Shown one piece after another: positions 54,001-64,000 of a stretch of DNA of 64,000 nt. The notes beneath the pieces were generated by a model. That model did not search any database, was not told the origin of the DNA, and saw only the letters and a program-made list of their open reading frames with translations. Position numbers and translations under genes: made by a program. Within the stretch, counting starts at the first letter, position 1, and every line of letters begins with the position of its first letter. This DNA is from Octopus sinensis (taxonomy: Eukaryota), in assembly GCF_006345805.1 (NCBI RefSeq), contig NC_042998.1, positions 62,620,001 to 62,684,000 on the forward strand. The letters are read 5' to 3'.

Positions 54001-54472
54001 CGTTCACCGATTTCATTTTTATGTTATAGTTTCTGCTAGGTCCTCTTCAATGTGAACTTTGACCGATGTGTTGTGATGTGTATTTTCATTATGACTATTC
54101 TTAGATGTTGTGTCGAAAGTATACTTTTGTCATACCTATGTATTTTGCAATATATTTCCGTGACAATTAATGGGAGCTTTATCATCTTTTACATTTATTT
54201 TCTTTGTTCTCTCGTCTGCTTATATTTTGGCATGCTCCCATAATGCTTTCATGTTTATTGGGTTTTCTTGTATTTTCAGTGTCTTAAAAAATAAATCAAT
54301 TTATTCTATGTGCGGTCATTCTATGTGTTGCTTTCTTTTTAAAAAAACGTGATCGATCCTGTTGTGTACAAGCTCAGGTTTTTTTATCTGTAGTTGGTTG
54401 TTTTGTATTAGTCTTAATGTGTATTATTTATACACACACACACACATTCACACACACACATATATATATATG

Positions 54473-54505
<33 letters not shown>

Positions 54506-55218
54506 GTATGCATGTATGTGTTTGTGCGCGCGCACGTGAGTGTTTGTGTGTGTGTGCGTATTTAGCTTGCACAAATGATCTGCATACCATAACGCAATAA
54601 AGTGTTCCCCTGATGATCCCTTATGTAATTTTCTACTGTTTGAACCCAGGCCGACTTTGACACATTAAACTTATGAGCAAAGCTGATCAAGACCCTTTTA
54701 AAACCGTGATCCTTCCGACATTTTCTTCATCTCGAATTGCAATGACAGTTTGTGGTTCTTTCTTAAGACGTAAAGTTGTGATTTACAAAAAAACTGGCTA
54801 CTATTGCTAAATGATCGAAAAAGCAGGGGAAGGTTCTCTCCCTACATATTATGTATTTTAGTCATGATGTTAGCCGAGAAAAAGTAGTACAGAGCCAGAA
54901 ATATCACCATTGTGTCGGCTGCTGGTTCTTTAGCATGTGAGCAGCTTTCGTCGATCTCTAATTTTCATTTATAAATTTAAAGAAATTAGAGAAAGACAGA
55001 GAGAAAGTGAGAGAGAGAGAGGGGGGGGGGATAAAGAAAACAACATCCATTTCTGAACAGAGAAAGGAAAGAAAAACATTCACGCGCACAAAGTACATAC
55101 ATAAAAATTTTAAAAGACAATTTTCTTTTATTTTCGCCTGTTCTGAAGAGTTTCCTATGCAATAGAAATGGAAATAGTAACGGATAGAAGAATACAGATT
55201 TCAGCTTAGAGGACGAGA

Positions 55219-55220
55219 AC

Positions 55221-55283
<63 letters not shown>

Positions 55284-55329
55284 CAGATAGATAGTTAAAA
55301 GGAGGAATGAGAGAGAAAGAGAGGGAAGG

Positions 55330-55374
<45 letters not shown>

Positions 55375-55470
55375 CAATTAGAGAGAGAGAGAGAGAGAAA
55401 GACAGCGAGAGAGCGAGAGAGAAAGAGGGAGAGAGAAAGAGAGAGAGAGAGAGAGAGATAAAGAGAGAAA
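55219..55470. repeat. (GATA)n followed by (GA)n microsatellite
   Basis: Direct reading. Confidence 0.95.
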
Positions 55471-55662
55471 TAAAGAGAGAACAATACGCAGGAAAATACA
55501 AAATTTAAATACGAGAAAACGTATAACAGATTTGATTCTCTCTGAAATCAATATGAGTTCTTCCCCACCTAACCACCAATCCGCACCTGCAATTCATGCA
55601 CACATACATACTACATACATACATACATACATACATACATACATACATACATACATACGTAC

Positions 55663-55693
<31 letters not shown>

Positions 55694-55823
55694 ATATTAT
55701 ATATATATGTATATATATAGTATTCTTTATTGATTTTTCCATTGTTGTGGGGTGTATTTGTGCATATAAATGTGTCTCTGTATACGAACACGCATGTATG
55801 TGCATGCATATGTATGCGTATGC

Positions 55824-55885
<62 letters not shown>

Positions 55886-56302
55886 TATATACACACACAT
55901 ATATATATATATGTACAGTTAAGCGTATGTACATGCACACATATGTGCTACTGCATATATAAACGAAGGGGTATGTATACATACATATGAGTGTATGTAT
56001 ACATGCAAATACTAAAGCGAACTTATGTATGACTGTGTGTATGTATCAGTATGTGGGTGAAATGTATGCGATACTTTTTTTCAGCTTGCAGCTAAATTTT
56101 CTTTCCCATACATTTCTTCCATATATTTTTAACTAATGGACGATGCTTTCCTTCCATATAAAACTTATAATAAAGTATGTTTCATTGTATATCACTTATA
56201 TTTTTTTATGGTTGTGATACGATTTGTGTTTGTGTGTGAGTTTGTATTTGTATTGGTGCATATGTATGTGCGAATATATATCTATATCTATATTCTGTCT
56301 GC

Positions 56303-56396
<94 letters not shown>

Positions 56397-56483
56397 GTCT
56401 ATCTATCTATCTACCTAGCTACCTACGTACGTATGTATGTATGTATGTGTGTATGTGTGTATGTATTTGTGTATGTATGTATG

Positions 56484-56538
<55 letters not shown>

Positions 56539-56542
56539 TATA

Positions 56543-56580
<38 letters not shown>

Positions 56581-58481
56581 TATGTATGTGTGTGCTTGTG
56601 TGTGTGTTTGAGTGTGTGTTGTTTATGTGAGTATATATAAATGTTTTATGCACTCGTGTCTGTATGTATGCCTATGCGTGTGTGTGTATGCCCATGCGTG
56701 CGTTTGTGAATAGTATATATATTCATATATATATATATATAAATTATGTATATGCATTTATCATATACATACACACACACACACACACAGACATAGATAT
56801 ATACACAACACACACAAATATATATATATATGTATACATGTGGTTATATATGAGGGGAGTCAGTGTATTTCCCATTACTTCGTCTTTTTCAACCTCCGAG
56901 AACGAGAATAAAAAATAGAAAAAAAACAAAATAAATACACACACAAACACTCACACACATACAAATATACACACAAACACTAAGAGAGAAAAAATATTCT
57001 TTCAAATTGAAATAAAATGAATGTAAAATCAACAGTCGTATTACTTTGAGAGTTGTGAGTTTCTTGAACACTCCTCAGCTTTGAATAAACACACACGCAC
57101 GCATGCGCACGCACACACACACACATATACATATATACGAAATACGTTACGCCTACATCGTTTATACATGTGTTTATATATACATCTATCCATCTATAAA
57201 TGTTTGTGCGTATATGCGTATATGTTGGTTATAAGCCTGTGTGTATATTCTTATCGATATGAATTATATTTATGCGTGTGTATATGTATTTATATGCATA
57301 TAACTATGCACTATATATATGCGAATTTATGTTTATACACAGGCTATACTGCATAAATATATATAACTATATAGATATATATATATATATATATGTGCGT
57401 ATTATATACATATATATGTATGTGCGTTTATATATATATATTTATATGTATATATATATATATACGTATATTTACATGTGTTTGTGTATATGTATATGTA
57501 TATATACATGTGTTTGTGTATATATATATATATTTGTATAATTTATACATACATATGTTTCGTAGACGCTGACTTGAAGGTTCTACAGTTCGGTGCAAAA
57601 ATAATTCGCTGATCAGGTAATTTAAAATAATGACACTGAGAAAATTATCCACTGTTTACTCGTGCATAAAGAACACGTGGTTAATTGCAGGCGAACATTC
57701 TTAAAGTGCTGAACCGAAAATGATTTAAAAATCAGTTGAAATTATGCCAGTAATGAGATGAAGATTCATTAGTATTAATGAGAATTCATCTCAGAAAAGC
57801 AATGAAGAGAACAACGAAATTTGAATTGGCTGAAATTTAATGACGATATGCATAAGACGGTAAGTGAATCTGATTTCTGTCGTAGTTATGGTAACATCTA
57901 CTGACAAGCTTTGGTGATATTAGACGTTGTTAGCGAAGCATATGAGTAAATATTACCGCAGCTACAAAACACCCTACCACCTAAAATAAAATAAATAAAA
58001 GTAAAAATGAATGCCAGACTCACCCGACCCGCAAATGCTTATATCCTATTAACCTTAAAACTATCCGAATAGCTTATGAGCATTCAAAATACCGAAGTTC
58101 TCCCCCTTGTTCCTTCAGATATGAAGTATCATTAATACTATTGACGTCTCTTCACATTATTTTTATTATTTAAATTGCTTAAAAATTGTATTATTTTTTA
58201 CTTACTAAATTAAGCATGGTGACTCACATTTAACATGCTCAGTTTCTCTTTGAATTAAACTTGTTCCTTATATTCCTAATTTAGACAGTCAACCTAGGAC
58301 TAAATTATCTAACGCACCCTTTCCCCTTTTTCTAAGGGCAATTGGACATGTAACAGTTAAATTGCCCAAGGGCAATTGGACAAGGGCAATTTAACTGCTT
58401 CATGTAGCAAGTCATCGTATATATTGATCAATCAAAAGTTTTCAATGTGATCACACATTAGAAAGTATTGTCCTTCATATA

Positions 58482-58915
58482 GGGACAGGAGTGGCTGTGT
58501 GGTAAGTAGTTGCTTACAAACTACATGGTTCCGGGTTCAGTCCCACTGCGTGGAATCTTGAGAAAATGTCTTCTACTACAGCCCTGGGCCGACCAAAGCC
58601 TTGTGAGTGGATTTGGTAGATGGAAACTGCAAGAAGCCCGTCGTATATATACATACATACACACACACACATATATATATATATATATGTATGTATGTGT
58701 GTGTGTGTGTGTGCCTGTGTTTGTCCCCTCATCATCTCTTGACAATCGATGTTAGTGTGTTTACGTCCCGTAACTTAGCGGTTCGGGAAAAGAGACCGAT
58801 AGAATAAGTACTAGGCTTACAAAGAACGAGTCCTGAAGTCAATTTGTTCGACTAATGGCGGTGCTCCAGCATGGTCGCAGTCAAATGACCGAAACAAATA
58901 TAAGAAAAAGAAAAA
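58482..58915 (+). mobile_element. SINE family B, full length
   Basis: Head, CORE-like segment, internal microsatellite and tail all present. Confidence 0.88.
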
Positions 58916-59009
58916 GGATAAATACATAGAAAAAAGAAAATGTAAAATTGAGCCTTTCACAACATTCTCCCTGGACAGGACGTCGGTTCGCTGTTGGGTT
59001 CAAGACCAG

Positions 59010-59400
59010 TGATTCGGAGGGGTCAACTCGATTACATCGATCCTAGTAATTGACTGGTATTTTATGTTATCATTCCCTAGAGGATGAAAGATAAAAATTT
59101 GACCTTAAGGATTTGAACTCAGAACTTAAAGAGCCGGAAGAATTGCCACCAAGCATTTTGTTCGATGTGCTGACGATTCTGCTGGTTTGCTGACTTGAAA
59201 ATAATTCATACCAATTGTAGAACTAGGCCAGTATTAATGAAAAAAAGTGGGTCCCATAACTCGGTTGGTGAATTATTTAATTAAACCCGAATAAATAAAA
59301 AATGTATTTGACTTAAGCGGGATTCGAACTCTGAACCTGCAGAAATGAAATGCCGCGAAGCATTTTGTCGGACGTGCTAACGATTCTGCCAGCTTGCAGC
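59010..59400 (-). mobile_element. Two diverged SINE family A units
   Basis: GATTTGAACTCAGAAC...GCATTTTG...TGCTGACGATTCTGC pattern occurs twice. Confidence 0.55.
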
Positions 59401-59731
59401 ATTAAATTCACAACACCAGCAGAAAAAATTAGGAAAATACTGGATAGTCACGGTCGGAATAATGTATTTGACTAAAGGTGTGCCGGATAAGGTTTTTGAA
59501 ACTAGTTCAAAACTTTAGCCACTCGTCCATCTTGATTGTGTTTTTAGACTCCGTAATGTAAGGAACCACTTCAAACCAGAATTTCACATCAACCCATTCT
59601 CCCGTTGGTATGAAATGACAATACAGAGTTGTTTCGAGGAGAATATAATATAACACAAATACAATAGCTACTGCCAACAAGTATTTTTAATGTCTGCCAA
59701 ATATTTTGGCTACCTCAACCGCCATTGTTAA

Positions 59732-59802
<71 letters not shown>

Positions 59803-60125
59803 TATCATCATTATTGTTATTATTATCATTGTGTTTTTACTCAGCAAGAAATTTTGTAGAGCAGCTGCATATGACACTATCGTGTCTAGGTATACAGACA
59901 AAAGGAGGTACAGATTATTTTAATTAACAAACTGTCTGTTACCTTCTCTTGTTTTTCTATCGCTGAAACATACACAGATATATATGACATCGACAGAGAG
60001 GTCTATGTATATACATACATACATACATACATACAAACATATATATTGATACATATATTATATATATCTATCTATATATATTATATGTATATATATATAT
60101 TTATACACACACACACACACACACA

Positions 60126-60162
<37 letters not shown>

Positions 60163-60434
60163 CATACACACATTATCTATCTACCTATCAATATACACAA
60201 TAATGTATATGTACACATGCACACACAAACATATATATATATATAAGACATATAAATATACATACATAAATACATAACATATCCATATATATACATACAC
60301 ACACACACACCACATCATATATATATATAATTATAGTTTAGAGAGTTTTTTTTTTATTATACCCATCCAAACACACACGCGCACAAATACAGAAACCCCG
60401 TCCACTCATAATAAGCTCACATATGTGTATATAA

Positions 60435-60509
<75 letters not shown>

Positions 60510-60692
60510 AAATACATTATGTTTATGATTTTGTCAAATTCATGTTTATAACATTTGATAATATTTATACACACACACCGGCATATATACAAAAATCACT
60601 TTCGCTCCCGCTCTCATTCTCTCCATCAATATACTTTATGTATGTGTGTATATATATATGTATAATATATATTATATATAATATATAATATA

Positions 60693-60761
<69 letters not shown>

Positions 60762-60762
60762 C

Positions 60763-60812
<50 letters not shown>

Positions 60813-61505
60813 GATTATATCTGTATGTAAGTGTACGTACGTGTCTCTATATGTGCGTTTCTTGGTTTATTAAGGAAATTGTGAGATACAAATGAATAAC
60901 AATATCACGTTGTGCTTATATCACTCACGCTCTCACTGTCTCTCTCTCTCCCCCTCTCTCTGTAAATATATATATATATATTTGCATACATATGTATACA
61001 TATATAATATGTGTATGTATGTGCGCTTAACAGAATTGCGCACTCGCATATTCACATATATTTACAAATATATTTTAAATACAAAAGGTACCGCATCATA
61101 TTTATATTTCATATCCGGATAATTAACGGACGCACCTACTTTCACACTCATTCTAACGGAGGTTTTCTCAGTATGAGACACGCACAAGTAATCGGAATGC
61201 ACTTACGATGTTCAGATCAGCAAATTTAAATTTTACCTGATTTCAAACAAATATTGGCGTGATTTTCATGAGAAATCGATGCTGAATACCTTCGAGTAGT
61301 TAGAATTGATATGATATTGTTTGATCTACAGACTGTAGGAACCGACCATACTGCATACACACGCACACTGAAATACACAGACACTCACACGCACGACACA
61401 CACACACCACACGCGCGCGCGCGCGCGCCTATATGTATACATATATGTAGAAAAAATATGTTCATATACACATATATATATATATGCATATATATATATA
61501 TATAT

Positions 61506-61537
<32 letters not shown>

Positions 61538-61721
61538 GGTATATGTGTATATATGTGTGTATGAGGGTGTTTATTGTATTATGTGTATACGTATGTATGT
61601 ATGTATCTATCTATCTTTCTATATAGATATATAGGTTATTGAATGTGTTCCATTCGATTATATACATACAAGGACATATACTCACACGCTTATATATGTT
61701 CACAAACAAACACACATATAA

Positions 61722-61754
<33 letters not shown>

Positions 61755-61831
61755 TATATATATTATATATGTGTGTATGTGTGTGTGTGTGTGTGTGTAT
61801 GTGTGTGTGTGTGTATGTATATATACACACA

Positions 61832-62008
61832 GACGCAGGAGTGGCTGCCTGGGAAGAAGTTTGCTTCCCAACCACATAGTTTCGGGTTCAGTCCCACCAC
61901 ATGGCACCTTGGGCAAGTGTCTTCAACTATAGCCTCCGATCGATCAAAGCTTTGTGAGTAGATTTGGTAGAAAGAATCTGAAAGAATCCCGTCGTATATA
62001 TATCTATA

Positions 62009-62071
<63 letters not shown>

Positions 62072-62510
62072 TTGTGTGTCTGTGTTTGTCCCCCTAGCAT
62101 TGCTTGACAACCGATGCTGGTGTGTTTACGTCCCCGTCAGTTAGCGGTTCGGCAAAAGAGACCGATAGAATAAGTACTGGGCTTACAAAGAATAAGTCCT
62201 GGGTCGATTTGCTCGACTAAAGGCGGTGCTCCAGCATGGCCACAGTCAAATGACTGAAACAAGTAAAAGAGTAAGAGTGTATATATATAAATATGTACGT
62301 ATTTGTGTGTCTTTGTTTCTCACCCCATCATCACTTAACAACCGATGCTGGCGTGTTTACGTCCCCGTCAACTAGTGGTTTGGCAAAAGAGACCGATAGG
62401 ATAAGTACTAGTCTTACAACGAATATGTCCTAGGGTCAATTTCTTCGACTAATGGCATGGCGGTACTCCAGCATGGCCACGGTCAAAGACGAAAACAAAT
62501 AAAAGAATAA
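61832..62510 (+). mobile_element. SINE family B, full length (to about 62277), plus a tandem second 3' half
   Basis: Tail GGCGGTGCTCCAGCATGGCCACAGTCAAATGACTGAAACAAGTAAAAGA; second half at about 62290-62510. Confidence 0.88.
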
Positions 62511-62731
62511 AAGATATATATATATATATACAGAAACACACATATATACATATTGTCAGTAAATCCAAAACTGAAAATGAAGCACAATCAAAGTTATAGA
62601 GGAGTAGAGTAATTAGATAAAGATAGTTATGGCCTGTCTATGTATATGTAGTTGGAATTTACAAAAAAGAAAAATGCAAACAAAGCGACGAAGTCGGGTG
62701 TATAAGTTTAACGCTCGGGAAGTGAGAAAAT

Positions 62732-62767
62732 CTTTTACGTTTCGAGCCTACGCTCTTCAACAGAAAG
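62732..62767 (-). ncRNA. Minimal hammerhead-like motif with variant core (CUGUUGA)
   Basis: Reverse complement: cttt-CTGTTGA-a-gagc-gtag-gctc-GAAA-cg-TA-aaag. Confidence 0.5.
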
Positions 62768-62963
62768 GAACACAGAAATAAACAGGAAGAGAAAATAAAA
62801 AAAAGTTTTAGTGGCTAGCGATCAATCATGGCAAATACAGAGTAACAGAAAACAGAGTAAGAAAAAAACGATAAGGAAATAAAAGCAAACAGCGTTTCAA
62901 CTCTGCGCGAGAATGTGTGTGTGTGTGTTCGCGCGTGTGTAAAAGGGAGTCATGTGAATGTTT

Positions 62964-63002
<39 letters not shown>

Positions 63003-63183
63003 TGTGTAATGGAAGTTGGATTGTGAATATTCAACGGTGAAAAGAAAAGCCAAACAGCATTTCAACTATAAGGGAAGTATATGAATGTTTGTATGTGTGA
63101 TTATTATGTACGTTATTTTGTACCTTATGTATAGATAAAATACTACAAGTAGCCGTCATATTTGACGACACAGGGTCAGCTAG

Positions 63184-63222
<39 letters not shown>

Positions 63223-63299
63223 TGTTCGCATATACAATATATTGTATATATGTGTGCATATGTATATTGATATATATTTGTATATATGTAACTTTATAT

Positions 63300-63706
63300 G
63301 TATTCTTTTACTTGTTTCAGTCATTTGACTGCTGTCATGCTGGAGCACCGCCTTTTTAGTGGAATAAATCGACCCCACAACTCATTCTTTGTAAGCCTAG
63401 TACTTATGACTTATTCTATCGGCCCGTTTTGCCGAACCGTTAAGTTACGGGGACGTAAACACCCCAACATCAGTTGTGAAGCGGTGGAGGGAGGCAAACA
63501 GAGACACAGAAACACACACACATATATATATGTATACACACACACACATATATATATGTATACACATCAACCACATACACTCACAAGGCTTTGGTTGGCC
63601 TAAGGCTATAGCAGAAGACAATTACCCAAGGTGCCACGCAGTGGGACTGAACTCGGAAGCATGTAGTTGGTAAGCCATCTACTTACGACGCAGCCAATCC
63701 TGCGCC
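63300..63706 (-). mobile_element. SINE family B, full length
   Basis: Reverse-complement head GGCGCAGGATTGGCTGCGTCGTAAG; tail GGCGGTGCTCCAGCATGACAGCAG. Confidence 0.85.
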
Positions 63707-64000
63707 TATATATACTATTATTATACACACACATAATAGATATCTTATTGATCCTACATGTTTTTCTCGTGACTTTACTACATATATGTATGTATATATA
63801 TATATATATATATATATTTGTTTTGTGTGTGTGTGTGTGTGTGTATACATCCTCATATGTAAACACATACGTACATACCTGTATGCATGCGTATACATGG
63901 GTGTGTGCATGGTGATATGCTTCGTTATTTCAATTTTTTCTTATGGATAAGCCAAGTGATCTTCAGAAAATTCATTCAAAGATTTTCTCAAGTGTCCATA

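Overview
AT-rich, microsatellite-saturated eukaryotic DNA made almost entirely of repeats. The tRNA-derived SINE families resemble those I know from octopus, so the taxon is an inference. I recognise no host protein-coding exon, rRNA, true tRNA or CRISPR array, and most of the ORF track is translated microsatellite. The recognisable content is: three 5'-truncated L1/Tx1-clade LINEs; one frameshifted Penelope-like element (RT plus C-terminal GIY-YIG) with an inverted pseudo-LTR; a stack of five R4/Dong-type fragments nested in (TAA)n; two CR1-group LINE remnants; an RTE fragment; about four mariner relics, one full length with TIRs; a pogo-type MITE; and about 20 SINE copies. Three things stand out. 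(1) Minimal type-I hammerhead-ribozyme folds from at least four unrelated non-coding or Penelope-like families, one inside a ~1 kb palindrome, suggesting a retrozyme-like system. (2) Two SINE/LINE 3'-tail pairings visible within the window, including a SINE carrying a Tx1 tail. (3) Apparent microsatellite target partitioning, with Tx1 in (TATC)n and Dong in (TAA)n. All alignments and folds were done by eye, and element boundaries are approximate.
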